A stretch of DNA of 64,000 bases from an uncultured Chroococcidiopsis sp. (GCA_964248365.1 CAXTYC010000012.1:30132-94131), one strand, 5' to 3'. Shown: positions 28,368 through 40,244, counted from the stretch's first letter. Numbers and translations: made by a program. Notes: generated by a model not told the origin, from the letters alone.

Positions 28368-30158
28368 ATGATGACAACGCTGCTAAACAGTCGCTATCAA
28401 ATCATCGAGGTGCTGGGAGTCGGTGGGTTTGGAGAAACTTTTCTAGCAGAAGATATTTATATGCCGTCTCGTCGTCGGTGCGTGATTAAGCAGCTCAAGC
28501 CGATGACAAATGATCCCCAGATGTACCTGGTGACTCAACAGCGCTTTCAACGCGAAGCTACGATTTTGGAAAAACTGGGTGAAGGTAGTGTTCAGATTCC
28601 CAAACTCTACGCCTACTTTTCCGAAAACGGGCAGTTTTACCTTGTTCAAGAATGGATTCAAGGTCAAACCATAACTAGCATTGTAGAAGCTAAGGGACGA
28701 CTGGGTGAAACTGCCGTTAGGGATATTCTTGCAAGTCTGCTGTTGGTGCTGGATTATGTGCATACTCAAGGTATCATTCACCGCGATATCAAGCCGGACA
28801 ATATTATCTTGCGCCACGAGAATGCCTTACCGATTTTAATTGATTTTGGTGCAGTAAAGGAAACGATCGCTACACTGGGCTATAACGGAGGTATCAAGCC
28901 CTCAATTGTCTTAGGTACTCCTGGTTTTATGTCCCCAGAGCAGGCGGCTGGGCGACCAAGCTACAGCAGCGACCTCTACAGTCTGGGACTGACAGCAATT
29001 TATATGTTGACTGGGAAGCTTCCCCACGAGTTGGAAATTGAACCCCAGACAGGGCAGATACTTTGGCAGCAATACGCCTTGAACGTTAGTTCTAGTTTAG
29101 TGGCTTTCCTTGATCGAGCGGTTCAGTCTCACCCACGCGATCGCTACTCGACGGCTAAAAAAATGTTGCTAGACTTACAGGATAATGGTTCTATCCCCTC
29201 TACTGAGCCTTCAACTGCGACTACGATCACCTTGTCTCCCAACAAGCTTAAGGTATCCAGCCAGCCAGCAACGGTAAAATCTCCTCAAATCACTCCGGCG
29301 ATCAATTACCCTTCTAGTCAAAGAAATTGGCTGAAGAAATTAATTTTCGGTAGTTTGCTGGCTGGTGGTTTGCTGGGTACTCTAGCCCTCGTTGGGCTTG
29401 TCCGTAACCAACCGTCTCCATCTACAACAGAAGAACCAATAGCAACTACAAGAGAATCTCCAGCCCCAACTTCTGAACCTGTCAATGTGCTACCTACGCC
29501 TGTAATTGATTCTCCCGCACCCACAATATCAGCATCACAGCCAAAGACAGAGCAAAAGAATTCTCAAACTCCCCTACCCCAAGCGCGTGAGACACCATCG
29601 GTAACACAGCAAGACAATTCTCAAACTCCCCTACCCCAAGCGCGTGAGACACCATCGGTAACACAGCAACAGAATTCTCAGGCTTCCACACCCTCAGTCA
29701 GTGAGACACCACCGGAAAACAAGAATCAAAATAAATCAAATGACAATGCTGTTAGTAACAGTGTTCCTGGTTTTCCTATCGGCACTTCTGAAAGTAGGGT
29801 AAAAGCAGTTTTGGGCAATCCAACGCAAATTTCAAGAGGCATTTGGGCTAACACCAGAGCGTATATATATGAGATAAAGCCCAATCAGATTACTTTAGGC
29901 TACTTATTTGATCGCAATTCAGGACAGTTGCGGCAAACCGAGGTATCTTTTGCTCAGTCGGTTGCTTTTGAGCAAATGCAAGCAACTTTGCAGGAAATGT
30001 TGGGACACGACTTGATTAATGTTAATCAAGGGCTGCAAAGAGTTTATCAGCGCCGTGTTAACAACTATACTTTTAACACAGGTGAATTAAAAGTAGCGAT
30101 CCTCCGTAATGAGCGCGATCGCATTTATATTGGTGTTTGGGATGCTTCTTTACATTAA
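28368..30158 (+). CDS. Hanks-type Ser/Thr protein kinase with TM and Pro/Thr-rich linker
   Basis: LGVGGFG, VIKQL, HRDIKPDN, DFG, GTPGFMSPEQ; TM near aa 325-345. Confidence 0.95.
   Translation: MMTTLLNSRYQIIEVLGVGGFGETFLAEDIYMPSRRRCVIKQLKPMTNDPQMYLVTQQRFQREATILEKLGEGSVQIPKLYAYFSENGQFYLVQEWIQGQTITSIVEAKGRLGETAVRDILASLLLVLDYVHTQGIIHRDIKPDNIILRHENALPILIDFGAVKETIATLGYNGGIKPSIVLGTPGFMSPEQAAGRPSYSSDLYSLGLTAIYMLTGKLPHELEIEPQTGQILWQQYALNVSSSLVAFLDRAVQSHPRDRYSTAKKMLLDLQDNGSIPSTEPSTATTITLSPNKLKVSSQPATVKSPQITPAINYPSSQRNWLKKLIFGSLLAGGLLGTLALVGLVRNQPSPSTTEEPIATTRESPAPTSEPVNVLPTPVIDSPAPTISASQPKTEQKNSQTPLPQARETPSVTQQDNSQTPLPQARETPSVTQQQNSQASTPSVSETPPENKNQNKSNDNAVSNSVPGFPIGTSESRVKAVLGNPTQISRGIWANTRAYIYEIKPNQITLGYLFDRNSGQLRQTEVSFAQSVAFEQMQATLQEMLGHDLINVNQGLQRVYQRRVNNYTFNTGELKVAILRNERDRIYIGVWDASLH
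29559..29680 (+). repeat. 57-bp in-frame tandem duplication (19 aa)
   Basis: NSQTPLPQARETPSVTQQ(D/Q) twice plus a partial third copy. Confidence 0.9.
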
Positions 30159-30194
30159 ATAAGGTGGGCATTGCCTACCCTATAGTTACTAATT

Positions 30195-32483
30195 CTAAAA
30201 AATATCCTTTCGCTTTTGAATCCAAAATGTTGCTGTTAAATAAGCTACTGTATGCAACACCAAAATCATCCAATCTAGAATTATGTTGTCCTGATTAATA
30301 TTCACCAAAGATCCATAAGCTCCCACAGACCAACGACTTACCATCAGCCAAGAAAGTGTTTTAGCAATACCTTCGTTGGTCTTGAATAATACACCTGAAA
30401 AGATAAATTGCGGAATCAACAATAGAGGTAAAGCACTATTGGCTTGACTACTAGTTTTGACAGAAGCTGAGACAAGTAAACCTAAACCGTTGCTGGCTAA
30501 AAGAGTCAGAAAAGTTGTAATTCCTATTCCCCAACCCCATGAAATTGATTGTAATGGGGGAGATTTAAAACATATCAAAACTACTGCAACTATTAACAAA
30601 GATTGCAATACTGCCAAGCCTGCAAGAATTGCTACTTTGGAACCAAGATAGGCAAATAAGCCCAAATTTACTAACCGCTCTCGTAGGTAAATCGCAGATT
30701 CTTTGATAATCTCTTGTAAAGAACTAGAAAGCCCTACCCAAAGTGCAGCACTAGTAAATACAAACAACACTCGCAAAGCTGAACCTGTCAGTCTGGGGTC
30801 GATGTCTGGGTTTAAAAAGATGTCTTTATTTTTGACTGCAAAGGTGATTAACCAGATACCAACGGGTGCAGTGAAAAGGGCAAGAGCAAGGTTAATGCGA
30901 TCGTGCTTTTGAATCTGAAAATAGCGTCGAGTTAAAATTTTTAGTTGTTGCCAAAAAGAAACTCTTGTTTGCCTTGTTTTGTTCCCACTGGGCGGTAATA
31001 TTTGCGTTCCTGGGCTAAGGTGATTGACAAAGTAGCGTTGATAATAATTTGATTGGTGAAATTTATTCGCTATCTGGATGACGTTTTCAGGTTTTTCTAG
31101 CAGGTTGTAGATATCGGCAAAATCGTTGTTCACACCAAAAAACTGGAATGATTCCGCAGGTGTGCCAAAGTAGCATAAACGACCGCCATCACCTAAAAAG
31201 ACAATGCGATCGCACAGCTTAATATTCGTCGTCGCATGAGTCACCAAAATTACTGTTCGTCCCTGATCCGCTAGTCGGCGCAATAGCTGCATCATCTTCT
31301 TATCCAACCCAGGATCGAGTCCAGAAGTCGGTTCATCTAAGAAAAATAGCTTTGGATCGGCTAGCAATTCTACCGCAATGCTGACACGTTTGCGCTGTCC
31401 GCCACTTAGTTGAGATACCAAAGCATTGCGACGATGGGACATTTCCACATCTTCCAACGTCTTTTGTACTAATTGTTCAACTTCAATATCCGGCGGTAAT
31501 CGCAATCTAGCCGTGTAAGTTAAGACTTCTCCTACACTCAAGTCGCGGTGAACTATATCATCTTGTGGAACATAACCAATTTGGGTACAGTAGATGTTGT
31601 AGTTATCTCTAAGGCGATCGCCATTTAGATACACTACTCCTTGTGTAAGCTGTTCAATACCCAACACACTTCGCATCAAGGTTGATTTTCCCGCCCCACT
31701 ACCTCCTACCAAGGCAACAAACTGTCCTGGCTCAATTGCTAAGCTAATCTCATCCAACCGTCGCTTGTTTTTGTCTTGAATTACCAATTCGTCTGCATCC
31801 AGACGAATTTGATTGCCTGTATCTTGTACTAGTAGCTCGTCACCGCGCAATACCAGGGTAAATGGTCCTATTCGGATCGTCGCCCCTTCTGACAGTACGC
31901 TGCTTCCACTCACTCTTTGCCCATTGACAAAAACGCCGTTTGTGCTGTGGTCTTGTAGGATGTAGCGCCCCTGCCCATCATTATCAATTGTGGCGTGACG
32001 GCGTGATACGTTAGGAGATGGCAGCAGGCTGGCGTTGGGGTCACGACCGAGTAGCACAGAGCGATTTTTGAGTGAGACTGATCGCCCGATCAAGTGGGTA
32101 GTTACCTCTGAACCAGTAGGATTGCGGTATCTTAAGCTAATCTGATTGTTCGGATTTTGACCGATATGCAGTTCAATACCATCTTTCAAGGTATAACCTG
32201 TATTTGGTGTAATCCGTGTGTAGTTGAGGAATAACCCATTGCTACTAGGTTTTATGCCATCGCCGTCATATATCTGGTAGTCTTGTCCGGTTTTAATTAA
32301 TACAGCATGATAACTAGAAATTACTTGCCAGTTGTCTGGTACAACTAAATCAGCTTGAGTGCGATCGCGCCCTAAAATATGACGTGGTTGTTTCAGTTCC
32401 AGGCGTAATATTTGCCCCTGATTGTTCAACTCTAAGTAGGGGTTTGTGCTGACAACAGTGCTTTTCCCTGTTTGCCCACTCAT
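30195..32483 (-). CDS. Dual-FHA-domain ABC transporter (ABCG/Rv1747-like architecture)
   Basis: Two FHA domains (LGR...SSYHA...SSNG; LGR...SRRHA...STNG), GGSGAGKST, LSGGQ, FLDEP, ABC-2 TM domain. Confidence 0.93.
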   Translation of the reverse strand: MSGQTGKSTVVSTNPYLELNNQGQILRLELKQPRHILGRDRTQADLVVPDNWQVISSYHAVLIKTGQDYQIYDGDGIKPSSNGLFLNYTRITPNTGYTLKDGIELHIGQNPNNQISLRYRNPTGSEVTTHLIGRSVSLKNRSVLLGRDPNASLLPSPNVSRRHATIDNDGQGRYILQDHSTNGVFVNGQRVSGSSVLSEGATIRIGPFTLVLRGDELLVQDTGNQIRLDADELVIQDKNKRRLDEISLAIEPGQFVALVGGSGAGKSTLMRSVLGIEQLTQGVVYLNGDRLRDNYNIYCTQIGYVPQDDIVHRDLSVGEVLTYTARLRLPPDIEVEQLVQKTLEDVEMSHRRNALVSQLSGGQRKRVSIAVELLADPKLFFLDEPTSGLDPGLDKKMMQLLRRLADQGRTVILVTHATTNIKLCDRIVFLGDGGRLCYFGTPAESFQFFGVNNDFADIYNLLEKPENVIQIANKFHQSNYYQRYFVNHLSPGTQILPPSGNKTRQTRVSFWQQLKILTRRYFQIQKHDRINLALALFTAPVGIWLITFAVKNKDIFLNPDIDPRLTGSALRVLFVFTSAALWVGLSSSLQEIIKESAIYLRERLVNLGLFAYLGSKVAILAGLAVLQSLLIVAVVLICFKSPPLQSISWGWGIGITTFLTLLASNGLGLLVSASVKTSSQANSALPLLLIPQFIFSGVLFKTNEGIAKTLSWLMVSRWSVGAYGSLVNINQDNIILDWMILVLHTVAYLTATFWIQKRKDIF

Positions 32484-32634
32484 TTAATTACTTAACTACT
32501 AAAAATATAAATGCCTATGGCTACCACAAATACCATTTTTTTGTTGGCTTTTTACATAAAATAAACATTGAATTCAACTAAATACTTAAGTTTCATGATA
32601 TTTTTCATACTAAAACCAGAATAGGTAAGTTCTG

Positions 32635-34524
32635 ATGTCAACTCCTATGTTAGATAATCGTTACCGAATTCTTCGGGAATTAGCAGAGGGTGGGTTTGGT
32701 AGAACTTTCTTAGCAGAAAATACACAAATGCCTTCGTGCAAAAAGTGTGTTATTAAGATGCTTAAACCCCTAGATAATAACCCGCAAATTTATCAGTTAG
32801 TACAAGAACGATTTCACCGAGAAGCGGCAATATTAGAAGAACTAGGTGATAATAATAATCAAATACCTCGGCTGTATGACAAGTTTGAAGAAGCTGGGCG
32901 GTTCTACCTGGTAGAAGAGTGGATTCAAGGTCAAACTCTTGGCAACATACAGGCACAGTTCGGGATAGCAAGCGAAAATCTAGTCAAGAACATCTTGCTT
33001 AGCATTTTACCAGTGCTGCAATATATTCATAGCAAAGGTATTATGCACCGAGATATTAAGCCAGATAATATTATTGTACGATTAGCAGATGGCTTGCCTG
33101 TCTTAATTGATTTTGGGGCAGTCAAGGAAACAATGGGAACAGTGATGTCAAATTCGGGTAACGTCACTAGTTCGATTGTGATTGGAACCCCAGGATTTAT
33201 GCCCAGCGAACAAGCTGCGGGTCGTCCTTTATTTGCTAGTGACTTGTATAGTTTGGGGTTAACAGCGATTTATTTGCTTACAGGCAAAATACCCCAAGAA
33301 CTGGAAACAAACCCGCTCACAGGTGAAATTTTATGGCAAAAACACGCTTACAATGTGAGTCCGAGTTTTGCCGCTATCTTGGATAAAGCGATTCATCCCT
33401 CAGCACGAGAGCGTTACATGAACGCGCCAGCCATGCTATCCGCTTTGCAGGCTATTCCTCCACCGTCAATGTCAACACAACCACCATCAGGCGGTTCTTA
33501 CTCCCCAAGTCCTACGATTCCATCCAATCCGCCACCTGGGTCAGGTATGGTAGGTGGTGGAGGTACATTCAATACCTTCGTTGCTATACCTCCTGAGATT
33601 TTAGGCTGGAACTGGGGAGCTGCTCTGACATTTGGCTTGTGGAGCTTTACTAATAAAGTTTGGATTGGGCTACTAGTGTTGGTATCCTTGTTCGGCTCCT
33701 GGTGGCTATTATTCGCACTCTTGATTCTTATTGTGATGCCCTTCGTACTGGGTGCGAAAGGCAATGTCTGGGCTTGGAGAAGTCGCCAATGGCGCAGTGT
33801 TCAGTATTTTAAATCCCATCAAAGAGCTTGGGCAAAAGCGGGAATAATCATTTTCCCCGTCTTTATTGTTTTATACATCATTGCTTTAGGCTCCCAAACG
33901 AACAACAATCCAACCCCGCCTTCTCCAAGTCCTTCTCCAACCGTATCTACTTCGCCCTCTTTGAGTCCTTCTCCTACTACATCGTCAACATTTGAACCTG
34001 GTACAAACAATATTTTTCCGACGGTTGAGATCGGTCAGCTAGAAACTTATACCTACGACAACGGCTTATTCTCGATTAAAGTACCTGAAAACTGGACACT
34101 TGAAAATCAAAGCAAATCAGGTGAAGCAGCTGTAAAGTGGTATGATAGAACCCAAACAGGAGGAATTTTAGTTGATGTTGTTGGGCAAGAAGCATTCCGC
34201 CAACAAAATCACATTTCTGCTGATGTGTTAAGTAGATTTATGGTAAAATTAATAAAAAATCAGTATCAGTCACGACCCAATCTCCAAATAGACCAAACTA
34301 AGCCGACGAATGATGGCTGGTTACAAATTTCTTGGAGCTAAACAGCCGCTAACGACAAGGGCGAAAAAGGGAAGATGTTTGGCTTTGGCTCTATTAGGCA
34401 GGATAAGGACAAGGTTTCATATATTCAATGCGTCGTCCTTGAAGAGCAATACTCCCGTTTGTACTCGCAGATTGATCAAATCACAACTAGCTACCGTATC
34501 AACTCAACAGCCCCACTACCTTAA
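32635..34524 (+). CDS. Ser/Thr protein kinase with multi-TM module and C-terminal extracytoplasmic domain; internal TAA at 34339-34341
   Basis: Kinase motifs intact; WNWGAA TM module; frame stays open for 60 codons after the TAA to ...SYRINSTAPLP*. Confidence 0.85.
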
Positions 34525-34747
34525 GAAATATTTTTTCGGCTAAAGCAGATATAGATTTTGCTGCGCTGTAAAAAAATGATAGCGCGATCTTATAAGCTAA
34601 GAATTTATGCAAGCACTTGATTCGATCAATTGCTTGTGGGGTTTGACTGGGGCAGAACTTTTTTATGCAAAATTAATGCACATTATGCTAATCATTTTAT
34701 AAGATGCACAACTTCCCATACTTGCATTGCCTACCGCTTCAAATAGA

Positions 34748-34787
34748 CAAAGTTGGGGAAACCAACAAATTTATTCCCCCAACTTTG
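34748..34787 (-). terminator. Terminator hairpin after rplL
   Basis: CAAAGTTGGGG...CCCCAACTTTG inverted repeat. Confidence 0.7.
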
Positions 34788-34805
34788 AGCTAAAACCCGC
34801 CCTTA

Positions 34806-35207
34806 TTACTTAACTGTTACCTTAGCACCAGCAGCTTCCAATGCCTTCTTAGCATCTTCAGCCGCGTCCTTGGCAATAGCTTCCTTAACTGGCTTTGGAG
34901 TAGATTCCACCAAGTCTTTGGCTTCCTTCAAACCCAAACCTGTAAGATTTCGCACTTCCTTAAGAATGGCGATTTTCTTATCGGCTGGTACTTCTTCGAG
35001 AATCACGTCAAACTCGGTTTGCTCTTCTACTTCTTCAGTTGGAGCAGCAGCACCACCGCCACCTGCACCAGGCATCATCATCATGCCCCCAACAGGAGCC
35101 GCCGCACTTACGCCGAAAGCTTCTTCAATTTGCTTGACTAACTCAGCTGCTTCGAGCAGAGTCAGAGATTTTAGTTGATCCAAAATTTGATCGGTTGTAG
35201 CAGACAT
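34806..35207 (-). CDS. rplL: 50S ribosomal protein L7/L12
   Basis: [30 protein letters not shown]. Confidence 0.98.
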   Translation of the reverse strand: MSATTDQILDQLKSLTLLEAAELVKQIEEAFGVSAAAPVGGMMMMPGAGGGGAAAPTEEVEEQTEFDVILEEVPADKKIAILKEVRNLTGLGLKEAKDLVESTPKPVKEAIAKDAAEDAKKALEAAGAKVTVK

Positions 35208-35257
35208 GAATTAACTCCTATGCAATGTAAATTTTTGCTACTATTTCTTGCCACTAG

Positions 35258-35806
35258 CTAAGCAGCAGCATCATCAGCACTAGCGCCATCTTTCTCAGAA
35301 TAAGCCTTGAGACTACGACCCAGCGAGGCTGGAACTTCGTTGATACCGACAGCAATCTTAGTTGCCAAGGCATTAATTGCCCCAGCAATTTGAGCGATGA
35401 GTTGTTCTTTGGATGGCAAGTCTCCCAAAGCTTTGACATCTGCTTCTTTAAGCAGACGACCTTCCATCACGCCGCCGCGCAGTTCTGTTTTTTTGCTGGT
35501 TCTTTGGAATTCTTGGTAAGCCTTAATAGCACCACTAATATCTTCTTTAACCAGCAAAAATGCCGAAGAACCGTTGAGCAATTCTGTCATTGGCTGCCAT
35601 TGATCCTGACCGTCAATGGCAATACCCATCAGCGTGTTTTTGCTTACTTTACATTCAGTTCCGGTTGGACGTAGCCGCCGCCGCAAATCTGTAATTTCAG
35701 CAACCGTTAGCCCTTGGTAGTTGATGACTAGCGCTAGCTGGCACTGAGTTAAACTTTCCTTAATTTCAGCAACAAGCGCCTGTTTGTCTTCTATCGTTCT
35801 ACCCAT
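35258..35806 (-). CDS. rplJ: 50S ribosomal protein L10
   Basis: YQGLTVAEITDLRRRL, KVSKNTL, LPSKEQL. Confidence 0.97.
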   Translation of the reverse strand: MGRTIEDKQALVAEIKESLTQCQLALVINYQGLTVAEITDLRRRLRPTGTECKVSKNTLMGIAIDGQDQWQPMTELLNGSSAFLLVKEDISGAIKAYQEFQRTSKKTELRGGVMEGRLLKEADVKALGDLPSKEQLIAQIAGAINALATKIAVGINEVPASLGRSLKAYSEKDGASADDAAA

Positions 35807-35864
35807 TTCGATTTCACCTCCTTAACGAAAATTAATCTGTGTTTCCCACCCTTAACCCAACCAA

Positions 35865-36010
35865 ACAAAAACCCCAGCTATCTTTGCCGAGGTAACACAG
35901 TTATACTTCTCATGCCAACAAAATCGCACTAAATCGGTGTCATAGTAGGCAGTATTGATGTAAACCTCGGCAGGATATTAAGCTTTTTGGCTCCTGCTGT
36001 CTCCGGCTTA
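35865..36010 (-). promoter_or_regulatory. L10 leader autoregulatory RNA with downstream terminator-like hairpin
   Basis: CCGGAGACAGCAGG...TTAA.ATCCTGCCGAGG upstream of rplJ, then CCTCGGC...GCTGGGG plus T run. Confidence 0.8.
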
Positions 36011-36163
36011 TTCGATTTTGGATTTTAGATTTTGGATTTTGGTCGCGCAAAGCCGCAAAGCCGCAAAAGGAAAGAAGTTTTCTAGTCTGTGGGTGTCAAG
36101 GCGTTTTGGTGCGAGGATTTTGGATTGGTTAGGTTTTTTCTTACCCTCGCCCCTCGTCCCTCT

Positions 36164-36877
36164 TTAGGCTGCTTCTGTTTTCATGTCACGCAGGGAGTTG
36201 ATATCAACTTGAATTGATGGTCCCATTGTGGAAGCAACAAACATAGTCCGCCAGTAACGACCTTTAGCGCCAGAAGGACGGTTACGGTCAATGCTTTCTT
36301 GCAATGCCTTCAAGTTCACCAGCAAATCTTCTGGTGTGAAGGCAGCCTTACCAAACATAACATGGACAATGCCTGTACGGTCAGCACGATATTCAAGTTT
36401 ACCAGCTTTGAATTCAGCGATCGCTTGAGCTAAGTCAAATGTCACTGTACCGCCTTTAGGTGAAGGCATCAAACCTCTTGGACCTAGTAAACGTCCCAGT
36501 CTTGCCACTTGGGGCATCACATCGGGTGTGGCAATCAGCAAGTCAAAATCCATTCTACCGTTTTGGATTTCGGTAATCAGTTCCTCTGACCCTACTACGT
36601 CTGCACCAGAATTGTTTGCTTCTGTTACCTTTTCTCCTCTGGCAATTACTGCTACGCGGACAGTTTGACCTGTACCTTTGGGCAGAACTACTGTTGTCCG
36701 CAGCTGTTGGTCTGTATATTTAGGGTCAATCCCTAGCCGAATATGTGCCTCAGCTGCTTCGGAAAACTTAGCTGTTGCTGTTTCTTTTAACAAGCTCAGA
36801 GCTTCTATCGGTTGATAAGCTCTGTCTTCGACTTTCTTTTGAGCTTCTTGTAGTCGTCGTGATATTTTTCTGGTCAT
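36164..36877 (-). CDS. rplA: 50S ribosomal protein L1
   Basis: [34 protein letters not shown]. Confidence 0.98.
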   Translation of the reverse strand: MTRKISRRLQEAQKKVEDRAYQPIEALSLLKETATAKFSEAAEAHIRLGIDPKYTDQQLRTTVVLPKGTGQTVRVAVIARGEKVTEANNSGADVVGSEELITEIQNGRMDFDLLIATPDVMPQVARLGRLLGPRGLMPSPKGGTVTFDLAQAIAEFKAGKLEYRADRTGIVHVMFGKAAFTPEDLLVNLKALQESIDRNRPSGAKGRYWRTMFVASTMGPSIQVDINSLRDMKTEAA

Positions 36878-37091
36878 TTTTTTCTCCTGGGGTCATTGCG
36901 AAGCAATCTCTTCTCCCCCATACGATTTTGGATTTTAGATTTTGGATTAGTAATTGGTAGTTGGTAGTTGGTAATTGGTGAAAGGTTAAAGGTTAAAGAG
37001 GTATTGCGGTAAAGGGAATTCATAATTTCTCCCCCAACTTCCCACAGCGATAACTGCTCTCTTCTAGCCCCCAGCCTCCAGCCCCAAGCCC

Positions 37092-37517
37092 CTATTCGGT
37101 GATAGCCACGCCCATATTCTTGGCTGTGCCTGCCACAATCTTCATTGCTGCGTCAATATCGTTGGCATTGAGGTCTGGTAGCTTTGTTTGAGCAATTTCT
37201 CGCAGTTGTGCCTGACTAATTGACCCTACCCGCTTTTTATTCGGTTCGTTTGAACCTCTTTCTACTCCCGCTGCTTTGCGAATTAACACTGAAGCTGGAG
37301 GAGTTTTCAATACAAAAGTAAAACTCCGGTCTTCAAAGACGGAAATTTCTACTGGAATCACCATGCCAGCTTGCTCTGCTGTTCTGGCGTTGTATTCCTT
37401 GCAGAACATCATGATGTTAACGCCGTGTTGACCTAATGCAGGTCCTACTGGTGGAGCGGGGTTGGCTTTCCCAGCGTTTAACGCCAGTTTAATCACCGCT
37501 ACTACTTTCTTTGCCAT
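37092..37517 (-). CDS. rplK: 50S ribosomal protein L11
   Basis: [26 protein letters not shown]. Confidence 0.98.
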   Translation of the reverse strand: MAKKVVAVIKLALNAGKANPAPPVGPALGQHGVNIMMFCKEYNARTAEQAGMVIPVEISVFEDRSFTFVLKTPPASVLIRKAAGVERGSNEPNKKRVGSISQAQLREIAQTKLPDLNANDIDAAMKIVAGTAKNMGVAITE

Positions 37518-37527
37518 TTCTTTTTTA

Positions 37528-38166
37528 TTAGTCCTGTTTCTGTACCTGATTGAACTCCAATTCTACTGGCGTATCGCGTCCAAATATCGATAGTAAAGCT
37601 TTCAGCTTGCTTCGCTCTGGACTAACTTCCACCACTTCACCTTCAAAGTCTTTAAACGGACCTGAAAGCACGACAATTTTGTCTCCAGCCGCCATGTCAA
37701 TTTTGACAACTGGCTCCTGTTCTTTGGTTTGTTTAAAGATGCGTTCGACTTCTGAATTACTAAGCGGTAGTGGTTTAACGTGACCGCGACCTCTGCCCGT
37801 CCCTCGTCTTTGTTCTGCTCCCACGAAATTAATTACATGAGAGGTATTTTTGACTACCTGCCAGGTTTCATCGTCCATCGACATTTTGACTAGCACATAA
37901 CCGGGGAAAACCTTTTCGTCTGTGTGCTGTCTGCTGCCATCTTTGCGGATTTTGACTGCTGGTGTTTGCGGAATTTCTATTTGAAAAATCCGCTCTTGCA
38001 CGTCAAATGTCTGAGCGCGTCGCTCTAAGTCAGCTTTCACACGCTTTTCACAGCCAGAAGCTACTTGCACAGCATACCACTGGGGTTTTTGCTGTTCCTG
38101 TTTTTTTTCTGTCGCTGTTCCTTCTGCCTTTAAGGAATCACTCGGTTCGTCTGTCACATAAGTCAT
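37528..38166 (-). CDS. nusG: Transcription termination/antitermination factor NusG
   Basis: [43 protein letters not shown] overlaps the secE stop. Confidence 0.97.
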   Translation of the reverse strand: MTYVTDEPSDSLKAEGTATEKKQEQQKPQWYAVQVASGCEKRVKADLERRAQTFDVQERIFQIEIPQTPAVKIRKDGSRQHTDEKVFPGYVLVKMSMDDETWQVVKNTSHVINFVGAEQRRGTGRGRGHVKPLPLSNSEVERIFKQTKEQEPVVKIDMAAGDKIVVLSGPFKDFEGEVVEVSPERSKLKALLSIFGRDTPVELEFNQVQKQD

Positions 38167-38384
38167 CAGAACACCTGTCTTGCTGCCCAAGCAAAAAATC
38201 CATCAATCAGATAAATGAAAGTAGCGGAAAGTACTACCATTGATAGCACTGCTAAGGATTCGCTTACCAATTGTTGCCTACTTGGCCACACTACCTTGTC
38301 AAGTTCTTCTTTTGTGCCTTTAAAGTAGTTGGCGATGCTAAACCCGCTTGGTTGTTGTATTTCAGCTTCGTTTTTTTTATTCAC
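38166..38384 (-). CDS. secE: Preprotein translocase subunit SecE
   Basis: EELDKVVWPSR plus TM; lies between tRNA-Trp and nusG. Confidence 0.95.
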   Translation of the reverse strand: MNKKNEAEIQQPSGFSIANYFKGTKEELDKVVWPSRQQLVSESLAVLSMVVLSATFIYLIDGFFAWAARQVF

Positions 38385-38586
38385 AGCTGCTTTAAGATCC
38401 TCGATTTAAATTCAGCTATCAAACTCGACCTCTGGTTCTCCAGACTTTTTTTGGCTGATGCCCCCGTCCAAGTCCAGTTATTGATAACTTCTCACAAACC
38501 AATTTTACCCAAAAGCATTAGGTTTTGACGCTAAGAAACCAGCGTCCGCGCTATGCTTTTGGGTAAAGGTTATGTTTCCTAGAGAG

Positions 38587-38659
38587 CGCGCCCTGGAGGA
38601 CTTGAACCCCCGACATCAGGTTTTGGAGACCTGCGTTCTACCAACTGAACTAAGAGCGC
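38587..38659 (-). tRNA. trnW: tRNA-Trp (CCA)
   Basis: GCGCTCTTAGTTCAGTTGGTAGAACGCAGGTCTCCAAAACCTGATGTCGGGGGTTCAAGTCCTCCAGGGCGCG cloverleaf; 3' CCA not encoded. Confidence 0.97.
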
Positions 38660-38745
38660 ACAAGAAGTGCCTGCTTTCTAGTTTATCGCAATCTGGTACT
38701 AATTAGCTCGCTAATAAATAAATACCGACGCTTAAGTTTTTAATC

Positions 38746-39108
38746 CTATAAGGCACGATCAAACCGCTGCTTAATTCGAGTTGCTTTACCAATGCGATCG
38801 CGCAGGTAATACAGCTTAGCACGGCGCACCTTACCACGTCGCACTATCTTAATACTTTCAATTCGAGGAGAATGCACCAGAAACACTCGCTCCACTCCCA
38901 CACCTTGAAAGACGCGACGAACTGTAATGGTTTCGTTAATTCCGCCATTACGCATCGCTATTACAACTCCTTCGTAAGGCTGGGTACGTTCTTTGCCGCC
39001 TTCTTGAATAATTACCCCAACTCTAACTGTGTCTCCCACATAGATTTCGGGTAAATTCGACTTCTTTTGTTCCGACTCAATTGAGCGGATAATCTCTTGC
39101 GCGTTCAT
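38746..39108 (-). CDS. rplS: 50S ribosomal protein L19
   Basis: [28 protein letters not shown]. Confidence 0.98.
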   Translation of the reverse strand: MNAQEIIRSIESEQKKSNLPEIYVGDTVRVGVIIQEGGKERTQPYEGVVIAMRNGGINETITVRRVFQGVGVERVFLVHSPRIESIKIVRRGKVRRAKLYYLRDRIGKATRIKQRFDRAL

Positions 39109-39374
39109 GCTTTCAAAAAAACTCACAATCGTTTACTTTAACTCGATTAGTGTCTAAAAGTCTAGCTCTTAATTAAAACTCACTCGTAACTGATAACTGA
39201 TAACTGGTAACTCTACCTGTCGAACTAATTCGCTAACCGGATGGCGAAACTGTAATTCTTGCCTTAATATATATAACAACATTAAGAAAGTTTACAACGT
39301 CTTGCTTTTGTGTGCGATCGCAGGTAAACATTGCGCTCGCTAATTAATTACCTTTCGCATGAGGTTAGCTAGCA

Positions 39375-39914
39375 GTGACATCACGCCTACAAAATATCCA
39401 AACCGCTGATGAATCTTTGTCCGTCGCAGAGTTTTTCCGAGCATCAGCTGGGAAATGGCAATCAGAACGGCGATACTACACATTGCCTGATGGAGAAACC
39501 AAGGAAATGGTTAGTTTAATTACCATTAGGTTTTTAGAGCAGGGATGTGCCGAATTACAAGAACTAGCCTCGCTACATCAACTGAGTGATTCAACGGTTC
39601 TGACGTGTGGCGCACAAGTTAGTTGGGAAAGTAGGGATTCGGTGTCACAACAAAAGCAATCTAAAGGTTCGACATTGTTTGGGGTAGCAGGATCGACATT
39701 GTACCGCGATCGTGGTTTTGCCACATCCAAGCCTGTCACAGCAGAATATTACTTCTTGGAGCCACAAACAATGTGTTTACGCACAGAGTACAAAGGCTCC
39801 GTCTTTGAAGAGCAGTTAAAACTGATTGGTAGCAACTACCGTACCAGACAGACAATTATCTCTCGTGCGGGTGAGCAGCAGATGATTGGGCAATATTTGG
39901 AAAAACGTCTGTAA
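39375..39914 (+). CDS. CpcS/CpeS-family phycobiliprotein lyase
   Basis: EFFRASAGKWQSERRY, LYRDRGF, EE..., RTR motifs. Confidence 0.85.
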   Translation: MTSRLQNIQTADESLSVAEFFRASAGKWQSERRYYTLPDGETKEMVSLITIRFLEQGCAELQELASLHQLSDSTVLTCGAQVSWESRDSVSQQKQSKGSTLFGVAGSTLYRDRGFATSKPVTAEYYFLEPQTMCLRTEYKGSVFEEQLKLIGSNYRTRQTIISRAGEQQMIGQYLEKRL

Positions 39915-40244
39915 GTTAGCTGGCGCGCTGTTAGCTGTTAGTAGATCCCTTTTGGAGCTAGCTTCCAGTTATATTTAATACTCATTAGTCAATCGGTTGC
40001 TACTTGCTACTTGCTACTTGCTAAGCGGTAACCGCTATTAAGCAGGTTGTGTTTTGCTATCTTAGAAATCTGATCGCAACTTAAATTGATGTTTTGATCA
40101 TGGTAGCAATAAACACAGCTAATAATTGTTAAGTGCGAATAGCCAATAAGATTGATTTGTGCTGAAGCTTGAAATTAACATTTTGTTACAGTGTGGCAGT
40201 ACAATGATGTTCGCTGTTTAAGTTGATGTCAAATCAATAACTCT

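Noticed and set aside
34310..34543. 77-aa ORF in the track
   Set aside because: Out-of-frame overlap with the in-frame continuation of the kinase
38587..38659. tRNA-Trp as an island integration site
   Set aside because: Flanked by rplS and secE in the normal order; no duplicated 3' end or integrase
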